NCBI GenBank assembly: GCA_963716255.1
Contig: OY970303.1
Span: 928,001 to 992,000 of the forward strand
DNA length: 64,000 nucleotides
DNA from: an uncultured Gemmatimonadales bacterium
GTDB lineage: Bacteria; Gemmatimonadota; Gemmatimonadetes; Longimicrobiales; Longimicrobiaceae
Direction: 5' to 3'
Shown here piece by piece: positions 48,962 to 59,825 of the stretch (the first letter of the stretch is position 1; every line of letters begins with the position of its first letter). Below the pieces are notes generated by a model that was not told where the DNA came from, did no database searches, and saw only the letters and a list, made by a program, of their open reading frames with translations. The position numbers were made by a program, and so were the translations under genes.

Positions 48962-51856
48962 GTGTCGGACCAGACCGCGAAGCGCCACCCGGGGGCCGGG
49001 CGCGTCCCCGTATCCACCTACCGCCTGCAGCTCAACCACCTGTTCACCTTCTGCGACGCGGCGGACGTGGTCCCGTACCTGGCGGAGCTGGGAATCTCGG
49101 ACCTGTACGCCTCGCCGTACCTGCAGGCGCGGCCGGGGAGCATGCACGGCTACGACATCACCAACCACGAACGGCTCAACCCGGAGATCGGCACGGAGGA
49201 GGAGCACGGGCGGATGACGTCGCTCCTTCGCGAGCACGGGATGGGGCACCTGCTGGACATCGTCCCCAACCACATGGGGATCGCGGGCGGCTCCAACCCG
49301 TGGTGGAACGACGTCCTGGAGAACGGCCCCAGCTCGCCGTACTCGGTCTTCTTCGACATCGACTGGAAGCCGTACAAGACGGAGCTGGAGGGCAAGGTGC
49401 TCCTCCCGGTGCTGGGCGGGCAGTACGGCGAGGTGCTGGAAAAGGGCGAGCTGAAGCTGGCGTACGAGGAGGGCCGTTTCTACATCGACTACTACGAGAC
49501 CCGCTTTCCCTGCGCCCCCGGCCCCACCGCGGCGGTGCTGCGCCTGGCGCTGGAGCGGCTGGAGGGGCTGGACGACGACGCCCCGGACCGGATGGAGCTG
49601 GAAAGCATCGTCACGGCGCTGGAGCGGCTCCCCGCGCGCCGCCGCACGGACGAGGAGAGCGTGGCGGAGCGCCGCCGCGAGAAGACGGTGACGCAGCGCC
49701 GGCTGGGAGCGCTGTACGGCGCCTCGGCGGAGGCGCGCCGGGCGCTGGACCGGGCGGTGGCGGAGTACAACGGCACGCCGGGAGATGCGCACTCCTTCGA
49801 CCGGCTGGACGCGCTGCTGGAGGACCAGGCGTACCGTCTGGCGTTCTGGAGGGTGGCGGCGGAGGAGATCAACTACCGCCGCTTCTTCGACGTCAACGAC
49901 CTGGCGGGGGTGCGGGTGGAGCGCGGCGAGGTGTTCCAGGCCACGCACCGGCTGATCCTACGCCTGGTGCGCGAGGAAAAGGTGACGGGGCTGCGCGTCG
50001 ACCACCCGGACGGCCTGTTCCACCCGCGCGACTACCTGCGCGACCTGCAGGTGCAGACGGTGGGGCTGGACGGCGAGGAGCCCTTCTACGTGCTGGTGGA
50101 GAAGATCCTCACGGGCGAGGAAACGCTCCCGGAGGACTGGCCGGTGGCGGGGACGGTGGGCTACGAGTTCATGAACCGGGTGGGCGGGCTGTTCGTGGCG
50201 CGCGGGAGCGAGGCCGCCATGGACCTGATCTTCCGGCGCTTCGCGCGCGAGCGGATCGGCTTCGCGGACCTGGTCTACGACAAGAAGCGGGTGATCCTGG
50301 ACACGTCGCTGGTGAGCGAGCTCACGGTGCTCACCAGCATGCTGGGGCGCATCTCGGAGCGGAACCGCCGCTCGCGCGACTTCACCCCGGGGCTGCTGCA
50401 CGACGCGCTGCGCGAGGTGGTGGCCTGCTTCCCGGTGTACCGCACCTACATAGACGCCTTCGCGGGCGAGGTGTCGGAGCGCGACCGGGGCTACGTGGAG
50501 CACGCGGTGCGGCTGGCGCGGCGCCGCAACCCGGGGATGAGCCGGTCGCTCTTCGAGTTCGTGCGGAGCGTGCTGCTGCTGCGCTGGCCGGACGGCCTGG
50601 ACGCGGAGGCGCGCGACGAGCACGCCCGCTTCGTGATGAAGTTCCAGCAGCTCACCGGCCCGGTGATGGCGAAGGGGGTGGAGGACACTTCGTTCTACAT
50701 CTTCAACCGCCTGGTGTCGCTCAACGAGGTGGGCGGCGAGCCGGACCGCTTCGGCGTGGCGCCGGAGGAGCTGCACGCCTGGCTGGGGGAGCGCGCGGAG
50801 CGCTGGCCGCACGCACTCTCGGCGTCGTCCACGCACGACACCAAGCGGAGCGAGGACGTGCGGGCCCGCATCGCGGTGCTCTCGGAGGTGCCGGAGCTGT
50901 GGGAGGCGCACGTGACGGGGTGGGCGGAGCTGAACCGCGCCCACAAGCGCGACGACGAGGGCCGCCCCGTCCCGGACGCGGGCGACGAGTACCTGCTCTA
51001 CCAGACGCTGGTGGGGGCGTGGCCGCTGGGCGACGCGGAGGACCCGGCGCACCGGGACTTCGCCGCGCGGGTGCAGGGCTACATGGAGAAGGCCACGCGC
51101 GAGGCCAAGGAGCACACCAGCTGGATCGAGCCGAACGCGGCCTACGACGCGGGCCTGGGTGAGTTCGTGGCGGCGATCCTGGACCGCGGCGGGAACGCGG
51201 CCTTCCTGGACGACCTGGCCCGCCTGCACCCGCTGGTGGCGCGCATGGGGATGGTGAACTCGCTGGCGCAGACGCTGGTGAAGCTGGCGGCGCCGGGGGT
51301 GCCGGACGTGTACCAGGGCCAGGAGCTGTGGGACTTCTCGCTGGTGGACCCGGACAACCGCCGCCCGGTGGACTACGCGCTGCGCCGCGGCCTGCTGCGG
51401 GAGCTGCGGGTGGCGATGGAGGGCGGCGACCCGCGGGCCCTGGCCCGCGACCTGGTGGACGGGTGGGAGGACGGTCGCATCAAGATGTACCTGACGCACC
51501 GCGCGCTCGCGCTGCGGGCCGCCCTCCCCGGGCTGTTCCGCGACGGCGAGTACCTGCCGCTGGCCCCGGCCGGCGAGCGCGCGGAGCACGTGTTCGCCTT
51601 CGCGCGGCGAGGCGGCGGCGCGGAGGTGGTGGCGGTGGTCCCGCGCCTGGTGGCGACGCTGATGCGCGACCGCGGCTTCGCGCTGCCCGCGGCGGAGGAC
51701 TGGCGCGGCACGCGGATCACCGGCGGCGGCGGGGTGCTGGCGGGCCGCTGGCGCAACGTGCTCACCGGCGAGGAGCTGGATGGGGGGACGGAGGGGGAGC
51801 TGGCGGTGGACGAGCTGCTGGGGAGCTTCCCGGTGGCGCTGCTGGAACGGAACTGA
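48962..51856 (+). CDS. treY: Malto-oligosyltrehalose synthase
   Basis: [80 protein letters not shown] start with GGGAG RBS. Confidence 0.97.
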   Translation: MSDQTAKRHPGAGRVPVSTYRLQLNHLFTFCDAADVVPYLAELGISDLYASPYLQARPGSMHGYDITNHERLNPEIGTEEEHGRMTSLLREHGMGHLLDIVPNHMGIAGGSNPWWNDVLENGPSSPYSVFFDIDWKPYKTELEGKVLLPVLGGQYGEVLEKGELKLAYEEGRFYIDYYETRFPCAPGPTAAVLRLALERLEGLDDDAPDRMELESIVTALERLPARRRTDEESVAERRREKTVTQRRLGALYGASAEARRALDRAVAEYNGTPGDAHSFDRLDALLEDQAYRLAFWRVAAEEINYRRFFDVNDLAGVRVERGEVFQATHRLILRLVREEKVTGLRVDHPDGLFHPRDYLRDLQVQTVGLDGEEPFYVLVEKILTGEETLPEDWPVAGTVGYEFMNRVGGLFVARGSEAAMDLIFRRFARERIGFADLVYDKKRVILDTSLVSELTVLTSMLGRISERNRRSRDFTPGLLHDALREVVACFPVYRTYIDAFAGEVSERDRGYVEHAVRLARRRNPGMSRSLFEFVRSVLLLRWPDGLDAEARDEHARFVMKFQQLTGPVMAKGVEDTSFYIFNRLVSLNEVGGEPDRFGVAPEELHAWLGERAERWPHALSASSTHDTKRSEDVRARIAVLSEVPELWEAHVTGWAELNRAHKRDDEGRPVPDAGDEYLLYQTLVGAWPLGDAEDPAHRDFAARVQGYMEKATREAKEHTSWIEPNAAYDAGLGEFVAAILDRGGNAAFLDDLARLHPLVARMGMVNSLAQTLVKLAAPGVPDVYQGQELWDFSLVDPDNRRPVDYALRRGLLRELRVAMEGGDPRALARDLVDGWEDGRIKMYLTHRALALRAALPGLFRDGEYLPLAPAGERAEHVFAFARRGGGAEVVAVVPRLVATLMRDRGFALPAAEDWRGTRITGGGGVLAGRWRNVLTGEELDGGTEGELAVDELLGSFPVALLERN

Positions 51857-51927
51857 AGTGCGGGAGTGCGGGAGTGTGCCGTCGCAGGGCCCTCACCCGG
51901 CTCGCTTGAGGCTCGCCACCCTCTCCT

Positions 51928-51958
51928 TTCATCCGGTTCACGCGAAGCGTGAAGCGCC
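51928..51958 (-). repeat. 31-bp mini-element (family D) in the loop of a family B hairpin
   Basis: Reverse complement GGCGCTTCACGCTTCGCGTGAACCGGATGAA. Confidence 0.85.
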
Positions 51959-52133
51959 ATTCTGGAAGAGGGGGCAACGGAGCCCCCCATCCCCCCGGCC
52001 CCCTTCCCCCGCAAGCGAGGGAAGGGGGAGCACAACGGATCGTGCAGTCGTCCCCTCCCTCGCTTGCGGGGGAGGGGTGGCGCGCAGCGCCGGGGTGGGG
52101 GGCCCCTGCGGACGCCAGCGCGATGCGATCCCC

Positions 52134-52262
52134 GCGTGAGGGATTACGGCCCGAAGGGGCGAGACCGCGCGGCTGTTTGCGCGGGCTCGACTCCGTTAGC
52201 CCGCGTCGTTTGCGGGCTTACGGAGCCGAAGCCCGACCCCGGCGCCAGCCGGGGGCACGCCC
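52134..52262 (-). repeat. Family A repeat, copy 7
   Basis: GCGTGAGGGATTAC..GGCACGCCC, preceded by several family B hairpins (51890-52103). Confidence 0.95.
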
Positions 52263-52273
52263 GAACCCGCAGG

Positions 52274-52822
52274 TCAGGCCGTCCCGAACACTCGCTCGCC
52301 GCCCAGCGCGTGCGTGCGGATCCGCGCCAGCTCCAGCTCCAGCGCGGCGAGCCTTTCACGGAGCAGAGCGGAACGACGCCGCTCGGTGAGCAGGTACACG
52401 GCGGTCCCGGAGAGCCCGGTGCCCAGCCCCGCGGCCACCAGCCACCCGAACTGGAGCGGCTGGTGAAAGGCGTGGTGCGTGAGGAGGAGCGCGGCGAACC
52501 CGGCCGCGGCCACCCACCCGCTGGCGGCCCCGAACCGCGCGGATCGCCGGCGGCCGGCTTCCGCGGCGACGGGGGACGGGGACGGAGCCGCGCCCTCCAC
52601 CCGCCCGAGCACCCGGTCGCGGACCTCCTCCGACCGCCACGCTTCCAGCGGGCGCGGGGGCGGCAGGTACAGCACGGCCAGGAGCGCGTCCTGCACGCCC
52701 GCGAGCGCGAGCGCGCACTCGTCGCACGTCTGCACGTGGGCGAGCAGCGCGTCCCGGTCCGGGCCCGCGAGCGCGCCGAGGACCGCCTGCACCTGCCTGT
52801 GCTCCCGATCGAATCCGCTCAC
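52274..52822 (-). CDS. Putative zinc-binding anti-sigma factor (HxxxCxxC, two TM, short C-terminus)
   Basis: LGALAGPDRDALLAHVQTCDEC; GTGA overlap with the sigma stop. Confidence 0.75.
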   Translation of the reverse strand: MSGFDREHRQVQAVLGALAGPDRDALLAHVQTCDECALALAGVQDALLAVLYLPPPRPLEAWRSEEVRDRVLGRVEGAAPSPSPVAAEAGRRRSARFGAASGWVAAAGFAALLLTHHAFHQPLQFGWLVAAGLGTGLSGTAVYLLTERRRSALLRERLAALELELARIRTHALGGERVFGTA

Positions 52823-53499
52823 GAAGGTACCTCTCGCAGGACGGACAGCCCGTCCCTGAGCTTCTGGAAGGCGAGCCGGACCCGCGTCTTGACGGTGCCC
52901 AGCGGCTGGCCGGTGTGGGCGGCGATCTCCGTCTGGCTCATGCCGCGGAAGTACGCGAGCTCCACCGTCTCGCGCTGGTCCGCGGGGAGCGCGCGAAGGG
53001 CGCGCGCCACGATGGCGCTGCGCTCGGACGACTCGGCGCCGCGCAGCGGGTCGCCCGAGGGATCGGCGGGGAGGGCGGCGAGCTCGGCGGCGCCCGCCGG
53101 CGACCCGTTCTCGCGGAAGCGGCGCCTCAGGCGGACGCGGTCCAGGGCGCGGCTCCGGGCGATCATCGCCAGCCAGGTGGACACGGCGGCGCGCCCCTCC
53201 CGGTAGTCGCCGGCCTGGCGCCACGCCTGCCAGAAGACCTCCTCCACCACCTCGGCCGCGTCGTCGGCGTCGGTGACCACGTGCACGGCCACGGAGTGCA
53301 CCAGCGTGCTCCAGCGGTCGTACAGGGCCGCCAGCGCGGCCTCCTCCCCCCCGGCCATGCGGCGCAGCAGCTCGTGGTCACGGCTCTCCGGAGTCGGAGA
53401 GAGGAGGGACGACGCGGTCCCGCGCCCGTCGCGCTCCGGGGCGCCCACGAAGGGGAGCCCGGCGGAGCCGGACGGGCGGGGGGTTGTGGCTGGATCCAT
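52819..53499 (-). CDS. ECF sigma factor (SigK-like)
   Basis: ALAALYDR, EVFWQAWRQA, WLAMIARSRALD, LAYFRGMSQTEIA..PLGTVKTRVRLA. Confidence 0.92.
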   Translation of the reverse strand: MDPATTPRPSGSAGLPFVGAPERDGRGTASSLLSPTPESRDHELLRRMAGGEEAALAALYDRWSTLVHSVAVHVVTDADDAAEVVEEVFWQAWRQAGDYREGRAAVSTWLAMIARSRALDRVRLRRRFRENGSPAGAAELAALPADPSGDPLRGAESSERSAIVARALRALPADQRETVELAYFRGMSQTEIAAHTGQPLGTVKTRVRLAFQKLRDGLSVLREVPS

Positions 53500-53626
53500 G
53501 AATGTCGGCGCTTTCAGGAGGCCCGGACAAAGATGGGACAAACCCTCCGCAAACGCCGCACCACGAGCGTGCGACAGATCCGGCGAACATGCGGGATTTG
53601 TCGCCGCGCCCGTCCCCGCTCCGCGA

Positions 53627-54466
53627 TCAGGTGGAGAACGCCCCGGAAACCACCACTTCGCCCGTGGGACCGGGGACGCCGCCCACGGGCTCTTCGGTGA
53701 CCGCGATGGCGCGGAGCGAGCCGGGCGGCAGGTCGTAGCAGGCGCTGACCTGGGCGGACCCGCCGGGGCCGGGGCGGAAGGTGCCGGCGCTCAGCGGCCC
53801 CGCCGGGGTCACCAGCCAGAGCTGGTACTCGCGCCCCTCGCGCACCGGGGGGAGGTCGCGGGCGAAGAAGGTCCAGGTGCCGCTCGCCGGGTTCCAGAAC
53901 ATGCGCCCGGAGGGGGCCCGCCGCTCCGGCGAGGCCACGTCGATCACCCGCACGCCGGGCGCGGACAGCTCGGCGAGGGTGCCGTCGCGGCGCAGCAGCT
54001 CGCCGCGGAGCGCTTTGCGCTCGGTCTGCGCGGCGGCCAGGCGGCCGCGCAGCGCCTCCACGCGGCGCGACAGCGAGGCGGCGTAGACGCCGGCGCCCAG
54101 GAGCAGCGCCACGGCCGCCGCGGCGGCCCACCACCCGGCGCTCCGCGCCCGGGAGGCGGGGGCGGGGTCGCGGCGCAGGGGGATCGGCGGCGGGCCGGGC
54201 GTGCCCTCCCGCGGGCGGGCGTCGGCGGCGGCGCGGGCCACCAGCCGCGCCCGGACCCGCGCCGAGCGGTCGGGGTCCAGCGCGACGGCGGGGGCGGCGA
54301 AGGCCAGCTCGCCGGCGGTGGCCCGCATGTCGGCCAGCTCCCGCGCGCATTCCCCGCACCCGGCCAGGTGGGCCAGGAGCGATTCGCGCTCGGGGCCGAG
54401 CAGGGCGCCCAGCGCCTCGGCGGCGAGCGAGTCGCGCAGCTCGTCGTGCGTGGGTGTGCCGCTCAT
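53627..54466 (-). CDS. Anti-sigma factor, RskA-like
   Basis: HLAGCGEC, a TM, YQLWLV..SAGTF..AVTEEPVGGVPGPTG; ATGA overlap with the sigma gene. Confidence 0.9.
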   Translation of the reverse strand: MSGTPTHDELRDSLAAEALGALLGPERESLLAHLAGCGECARELADMRATAGELAFAAPAVALDPDRSARVRARLVARAAADARPREGTPGPPPIPLRRDPAPASRARSAGWWAAAAAVALLLGAGVYAASLSRRVEALRGRLAAAQTERKALRGELLRRDGTLAELSAPGVRVIDVASPERRAPSGRMFWNPASGTWTFFARDLPPVREGREYQLWLVTPAGPLSAGTFRPGPGGSAQVSACYDLPPGSLRAIAVTEEPVGGVPGPTGEVVVSGAFST

Positions 54467-55125
54467 CGGGAATCCTCGCGGAGCAGGGTCAGACTGTCCC
54501 TCAGCTTCTGCAGGGCGAGGCGCATGCGCGTCTTCACGGTTCCGAGGGGCTGGCCGGTTCGTTCGGCGATCTCCGTCTGGCTCAGGCCCCCGTAGTAGGC
54601 CAGCTCCAGGGCTTCGCGCTGCTCCACGGGAAGGCGCAGCAGCGCCCCCCGCACCATCCCGCGCTCTTCCTCCGCCGCCGCGTGGTGCAGCGGATCGGGC
54701 GCGTCCGTCGCCGGCTCCGCGGCGAGCCGCGGCACCTCGTCCCACCCGTCCTCCCGCACCCGGCGGCGGTTCCGGGCCCGGTCCAGCGCCCGGCTGCGCG
54801 CCAGGGTGGCGAGCCACGCCCCCACCCTACCCCGGCTCCCCTCGTAGCGGTCCGCCTGGCGCCACGCCTGCCAGAAGGTTTCCTCCAGCACCTCCTCCGC
54901 GTCCTCGGCGGCGCCCCCCACCACGTGCAGGATCAGCGGGTGCAGCCGCGGCGACCACAGGTCGTAGAGCGCGCCCAGCGCGGTCTCGTCGCCCCGGCGC
55001 ATGCGCTCCAGGAGACGGCGCGACTCCTCCTCCGCGTCGCTCGCCCCGGCGCCGGGCGGAGGGCCGGGCGGCCCGGCGGACTCTCCCTGCGATGGGTACG
55101 GGGTGGGGCCGGTCTGCGGATTCAT
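54463..55125 (-). CDS. ECF sigma factor (SigK-like)
   Basis: ALGALYD, ETFWQAWRQA, LAYYGGLSQTEIA..PLGTVKTRMRLAL. Confidence 0.92.
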   Translation of the reverse strand: MNPQTGPTPYPSQGESAGPPGPPPGAGASDAEEESRRLLERMRRGDETALGALYDLWSPRLHPLILHVVGGAAEDAEEVLEETFWQAWRQADRYEGSRGRVGAWLATLARSRALDRARNRRRVREDGWDEVPRLAAEPATDAPDPLHHAAAEEERGMVRGALLRLPVEQREALELAYYGGLSQTEIAERTGQPLGTVKTRMRLALQKLRDSLTLLREDSR

Positions 55126-55191
55126 GCGCGGCTCGGTGTGGCGGTGGGCGCGCAATGTAGGGTTCTTCCCGGCGTCGCGGCAACCCGGGAG

Positions 55192-55219
55192 AGATCCGGG
55201 AGGGCGCCGCCGAGCGTAC
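55192..55219 (+). promoter_or_regulatory. Putative ECF promoter AGATCCG-N16-CGTAC
   Basis: Lies 50 nt upstream of the His-rich ORF; same hexamers and spacing as 63590-63617 on the minus strand. Confidence 0.55.
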
Positions 55220-55269
55220 CTGTCTGCGTGTGCCGGGCGCCGCCCGGCCGGTTCCCTTTCCGGATCGTG

Positions 55270-55821
55270 ATGAGCTCCACGCCGCGCCGAGCCGCGCGAG
55301 GGAAGTCGCCTCGCGGCACCGGGACGCGCCGCCCGACGCGGCGGCGCGCTCCGTGGTTCGCGCTGCTCGCGCTGGCGGCGGCCTACGCCTGCCTGCTGGG
55401 GATCTCGCCCGTGGGGCAGGCCGGGCTCCTGTGGCTGCACCTGTCGGCGGAGCACGGCGGGAGCGCGCCCCACGCCGCCGCGGAGCACCGGCACGACGGC
55501 GGAACCGCCCACCGGCACGCCGCCGCGGACCCCGACCGCGGGCCCGACTCCGGCCCCGGCCACGAGAGCGACGGGGACGCGGGCCGGCCCGTCGCGCCGA
55601 ACGCGCCCCACGAGCACCACGGCAGGCTCCACACCCACGACCGGTCGCCGGTGGAGGATCCCACCGTGCCGGTGGACGCGCTCTCCAAGTACTACCTCCC
55701 CGCAGATCCCACGGCCCCACGTCCGCCTGCGCGGGACCCGGCGGTGGCGCCGGCCGCCGCGCCCGCGCCGTCCCCGACCGCTCCCAGGATCGACACTCCC
55801 CCTCCACGCCGGCCGGGCTGA
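55270..55821 (+). CDS. His-rich membrane/exported protein ending in TPPPRRPG (DUF2946-like leader candidate)
   Basis: Hydrophobic segment WFALLALAAAYACLLG, His clusters (EHRHD, HRH, PHEHHGRLHTH) and a Pro-rich C-terminus. Confidence 0.7.
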   Translation: MSSTPRRAARGKSPRGTGTRRPTRRRAPWFALLALAAAYACLLGISPVGQAGLLWLHLSAEHGGSAPHAAAEHRHDGGTAHRHAAADPDRGPDSGPGHESDGDAGRPVAPNAPHEHHGRLHTHDRSPVEDPTVPVDALSKYYLPADPTAPRPPARDPAVAPAAAPAPSPTAPRIDTPPPRRPG

Positions 55822-56024
55822 CCCTTTCGGCATCGGCATTCCGGTCCCCCGGGCGCTCGCGCGCGGCGGGCCGGGCACGGGCTGCCCCGCGCGGACCCGG
55901 AATCCGGCAGCGCCCCCCACCCGCCCGCGCCCTCGCGGCGCGGCGGAGGGTGCGCGCCGGGGCCCGGCGCGCGTCCCGGCACCCCGCATCCAACGGCACA
56001 CCTACGGGGGAGTCCAGGAACACC

Positions 56025-58154
56025 ATGAAGCGAAACGCTTTTCGACGTCCGCATCTCGCGCGGCGCCCGGCGCTGCGCGCCGCCCTGCTGGCGGGGTCGC
56101 TCGCGCTCGGCGGCGCGGGGGCGCTCGGCGCCCAGGCGGCGCCCGCGGCTCCGGCCCGGCGCGACACCGTCCCCGGCTCGCTCCTCGACACGCTCCGGGT
56201 CAACGGGCGCATCGACGACCTGACCGGCATCGCGGGCACCTCCTCGGAGGGGCGGGTGGGCGCGGCCGACCTGCTCTCGCGCCCGCTGGCGCGCGAGGGG
56301 GAGCTGCTGGAAACGGTGCCCGGCGTGATCGTCACGCAGCACTCCGGGGAGGGCAAGGCCAACCAGTACTTCGTCCGGGGCTTCAACCTGGACCACGGCA
56401 CCGACTTCCAGACCCGCGTGGAGGGGATGCCGGTCAACATGCCCACCCACGGGCACGGCCAGGGCTACACCGACCTCAACTTCGTCGTCCCCGAGTTCGT
56501 GGAATACCTGGACTACCGGCTGGGGGTGTACCACGCCGAGCTGGGCGACTTCGGGAGCGCGGGGGGCGCGGAGCTGCACCTGGCGCGCACGCTGGACCGC
56601 CCCTTCGCCACGCTGGGCGCCGGCCAGAACGGGCTGGCTCGGCTGGCGGGGGGCGGATCGGCGCGCGTGGGCCCGGGCGACCTCCTGCTGGGCGGCGAGG
56701 CGCGGGCGTACGACGGCCCCTGGGAGCAGCCCCAGGAGGTCCGCAAGCTCGTCGGCATCGCCCGCTACTCGTGGGACCGCGGCCCGTCCCGCTTTTCCGT
56801 GCTGGGGCTGGCCTACCGCAACCGCTGGAACGCCACCGATCAGGTCCCGGAGCGCGCGGTGCGGAGCGGCCTGATCGGCCGGCTGGGGCAGGTGGACGAC
56901 AGCGACGGCGGCGAGGCGGAGCGCTACAGCCTGTCCGGCGAATGGACCCGCACCGGCGCCAGCTGGGTGCAGGAGGTCGAGCTCTTCGGCATCCGCTCCG
57001 GGCTGGACCTGTACTCCGACTTCACCTTCTTCCTGGACGACCCGGTCCGCGGCGACCAGTTCCACCAGGAGGACCGCCGCACCGTGGCGGGGATCAACGC
57101 CCGGCACGCGCAGGACGTACGGGGAATGGGCGCGGCGCACACCCTGACGGCGGGGCTCCAGGCGCGCGCCGACTTCATCGGGGGGCTGGGGCTGCACCGC
57201 ACCGCCGCGCAGGCGCGCCTGGGCACGGTGCGGCAGGACCGCGTGCGCCAGACCGGGACCGGCGTGTTCCTGGAGGCGGAGTCGCGCTGGCGCCCCTGGC
57301 TGCGGAGCGTGCTGGGGGTGCGCGCCGACGGCTACACCTTCCGGGTGGACAGCGACGCGCCGGAAAACTCCGGCGCCCGGCGCGCGGGGATCGTGAGCCC
57401 CAAGGCGTCGCTGGTGCTCGCCCCCTCGCGGACCACGGAGCTCTACCTGAGCGGCGGGTACGGCTTCCACAGCAACGACGCGCGGGGGACCACCATCACC
57501 ACCGACCCCGCCACCGGCGAGCCGGCGGCGCGGGTGGACCCCCTGGTGCGCTCCCGCGGCGCCGAGGTGGGAGTGCGCGCGTCGCCGCTGCGGGGGCTGC
57601 GCTCCACCCTGACCGCGTGGACGCTGGAGCTGGACAGCGAGCTGCTGTTCGTGGGCGACGCCGGAGCCACCGAGCCCTCCGCGCGGAGCGGGCGGCGCGG
57701 CGTGACCTGGGCCAACTTCTACCGGCCCGTCCCCTCGCTCTCGCTGGACGCGGACGTGTCGCTCGCGCGGGCCCGGCTCGCGGGCGTGCCGGCGGGCGGG
57801 GACCGCATCCCGGGCGCGCTGGAGAACGTGGTGGCCGCGGGGATCGCCTGGAGCCCGCCGCGGGGCGCGCTGGGGGCCCTGCGCCTGCGCCACTTCGGGG
57901 CGTACCCGCTGGTGGAGGACAACTCGGTGCGCGCGGATCCCGCCACGCTGCTGAACGCCGAAGTGGGGTGGCGGTTCGGGTCGGGGGTGCGGCTGGAGGC
58001 GGTGGTGCTCAACCTGCTGGACTCGGAGGCGGCGGACATCCAGTACTTCTACGCCTCGCGGCTGCCGGGGGAGCCGGCGGAGGGGGTGGAGGACGTGCAC
58101 TTCCACCCGGTGGAGCCGCGGCAGGTGCGGGTGGCGCTCCAGTGGGTGTTCTGA
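56025..58154 (+). CDS. TonB-dependent receptor
   Basis: Signal peptide; plug ELLETVPG..QHSGEGKANQYFVRGFNLDHGTDF..HGHGQGYTDLN; C-terminal HFHPVEPRQVRVALQWVF. Confidence 0.93.
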   Translation: MKRNAFRRPHLARRPALRAALLAGSLALGGAGALGAQAAPAAPARRDTVPGSLLDTLRVNGRIDDLTGIAGTSSEGRVGAADLLSRPLAREGELLETVPGVIVTQHSGEGKANQYFVRGFNLDHGTDFQTRVEGMPVNMPTHGHGQGYTDLNFVVPEFVEYLDYRLGVYHAELGDFGSAGGAELHLARTLDRPFATLGAGQNGLARLAGGGSARVGPGDLLLGGEARAYDGPWEQPQEVRKLVGIARYSWDRGPSRFSVLGLAYRNRWNATDQVPERAVRSGLIGRLGQVDDSDGGEAERYSLSGEWTRTGASWVQEVELFGIRSGLDLYSDFTFFLDDPVRGDQFHQEDRRTVAGINARHAQDVRGMGAAHTLTAGLQARADFIGGLGLHRTAAQARLGTVRQDRVRQTGTGVFLEAESRWRPWLRSVLGVRADGYTFRVDSDAPENSGARRAGIVSPKASLVLAPSRTTELYLSGGYGFHSNDARGTTITTDPATGEPAARVDPLVRSRGAEVGVRASPLRGLRSTLTAWTLELDSELLFVGDAGATEPSARSGRRGVTWANFYRPVPSLSLDADVSLARARLAGVPAGGDRIPGALENVVAAGIAWSPPRGALGALRLRHFGAYPLVEDNSVRADPATLLNAEVGWRFGSGVRLEAVVLNLLDSEAADIQYFYASRLPGEPAEGVEDVHFHPVEPRQVRVALQWVF

Positions 58155-58174
58155 CCGCTTTTTACCGCTGATTT

Positions 58175-58307
58175 GGGCGTGCCCCCGGCTGGCGCCGGGG
58201 TCGGGCTTCGGCTCCGTAGCAAACGATACTACCGTTTGCAACGGAGTCGAGCCCCCGCGGAAACAGCCCCGCGGGGTCTCGCCCCTTCGGGCCGTAATCC
58301 CTCACGC
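58175..58307 (+). repeat. Family A repeat, copy 8
   Basis: GGGCGTGCCCCCGG..ATCCCTCACGC, with a family B hairpin at 58334-58362. Confidence 0.95.
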
Positions 58308-58387
58308 GGGGCTCGTGCTGGCGTCCGCTGGGGCCCCCTCCCCCGCAAGCGGGAGAGGGGGAGAACTGCGGGGCGGAAGGGCGCGCG

Positions 58388-59236
58388 CTATTCCGCGAGA
58401 AAGCCGAGGAGAGCGGCGTTGAACGCGGTGGCGTGGCTCTGGTTGATCCCGTGCGGACCGCCCGGGATCAGTGCGAGCCGGCTGTGCCGGATCGCCTCGT
58501 GCGTGCGCTTCCCGGAGCCTTCGAACGGCACGATGCCGTCCGCGTCGCCGTGGATGACGAGCGTCGGGACCGTCACCTTCGGCAGGTCGTCGCGAAAGTC
58601 GGTGAGGCCGAACGACTGCATGGCCTCGAGCGCCGCCAGCTTGTCGGCCTGTTTGCAGAGCGCCACGGCCGCCTGCCGATCTTCCTCGCTCACCAGGATC
58701 GCGCCGTCGGCGTTCGGCGAGTAGAAATCCTTCGTGAACTGGTCGTAGAACCCGTCGGAATCCGCGGTGAGCTGGGCGGTCATCTCGGCGGCCTTGGCCG
58801 CGTCGAGCGGTCCGTCGGGGTTGCCAGGGGTCTTCATCATCATGGGGGGCACGGCGGCGGCGAACACCACGCTCCTCAGGCGCTCCTGGCCGTGGTTGGC
58901 GATGTAGCGCGCCACCTCGCCGCCGCCCATCGAGAAGCCCACGAGGGTCGCGTCGCGAAGGTCCAGCGCCTCCAGCAGCCCCGCCAGGTCGTCGGCCAGC
59001 GTGTCGTAGCCGTACCCCGTCCCGGGCTTGTCGCTTTCCCCGAATCCCCGCCGATCGTACGTCACGACGCGGTAGCCGGACGAGCGAAGAGCCGGAACCT
59101 GCTCCTTCCACGATTTGCCCGAAAGCGGCCAGCCGTGGATCAGCACCACCGGACGCCCCTCGCCACCGCTGTCCTCCACGTGCACGTTCACGTCCTTGAG
59201 GCCGAGGAACCGGGTGTTCACGGGAATTTCCGTCAT
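58388..59236 (-). CDS. Alpha/beta hydrolase (non-heme haloperoxidase/arylesterase-like)
   Basis: LIHGWP, YDRRGFGES, GFSMGGGE, IHGDADGIVP, GPHG. Confidence 0.92.
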   Translation of the reverse strand: MTEIPVNTRFLGLKDVNVHVEDSGGEGRPVVLIHGWPLSGKSWKEQVPALRSSGYRVVTYDRRGFGESDKPGTGYGYDTLADDLAGLLEALDLRDATLVGFSMGGGEVARYIANHGQERLRSVVFAAAVPPMMMKTPGNPDGPLDAAKAAEMTAQLTADSDGFYDQFTKDFYSPNADGAILVSEEDRQAAVALCKQADKLAALEAMQSFGLTDFRDDLPKVTVPTLVIHGDADGIVPFEGSGKRTHEAIRHSRLALIPGGPHGINQSHATAFNAALLGFLAE

Positions 59237-59327
59237 GCGCTCCTCCGTTTGATCGCAGGTGCTCGTCGAGCACCCGGGGTAGGGTGCGTGAAACCGCAGG
59301 CGCCGTGCAGCCCGTTTGGTCGTTCCA

Positions 59328-59825
59328 TCACCGCAGAGGCTTGAACCCGTCGCCGCGGGTGAACAACTCGCTGTGGCGCCGGCCGTCCAGCGTGGCCTGC
59401 ACCACGTTGACCTGGTCCTCGAACAGCTCGAAGTGCATGCGGTTGTGCACCTTCAGCCGGCCCGCCGCGGCCGGCGCGGGGGCGCGCAGGCACAGCCACA
59501 GCACGATCCCCTGCCGGCGCACGCCGCACCAGGTGAACGGGAGCGACCGCCCACCCTCCAGCACCGTGAAGTGCGTGGCCGCATAGGCGAAGGCCGCCGC
59601 CTCCCAGCTGCGCGGCGGCCCTCCCCGGCGCCGCAGCGCCGTGCCGAAGTCGTCCGCGAACACGCGCACGGAGATGTCCAGGGTGCGCGCGGACCCGTCG
59701 TGCCGGATCTCGGTGAGCGTGCTGTGGATGGGGTGCGCTTCCGCCGCGCGGGGGGCGAGGGCGAGGGCGAGCGCCAGCAGGCAGGCGGCGAGCGCGCGCC
59801 GCGGCGCCGGCCGGCGCACGCTCAC
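59328..59825 (-). CDS. Exported protein, DUF6702-like
   Basis: Signal peptide ending AEA-HPIHSTLTEI..RVFADDF..FELFEDQVNVV; GTGA overlap. Confidence 0.75.
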   Translation of the reverse strand: MSVRRPAPRRALAACLLALALALAPRAAEAHPIHSTLTEIRHDGSARTLDISVRVFADDFGTALRRRGGPPRSWEAAAFAYAATHFTVLEGGRSLPFTWCGVRRQGIVLWLCLRAPAPAAAGRLKVHNRMHFELFEDQVNVVQATLDGRRHSELFTRGDGFKPLR

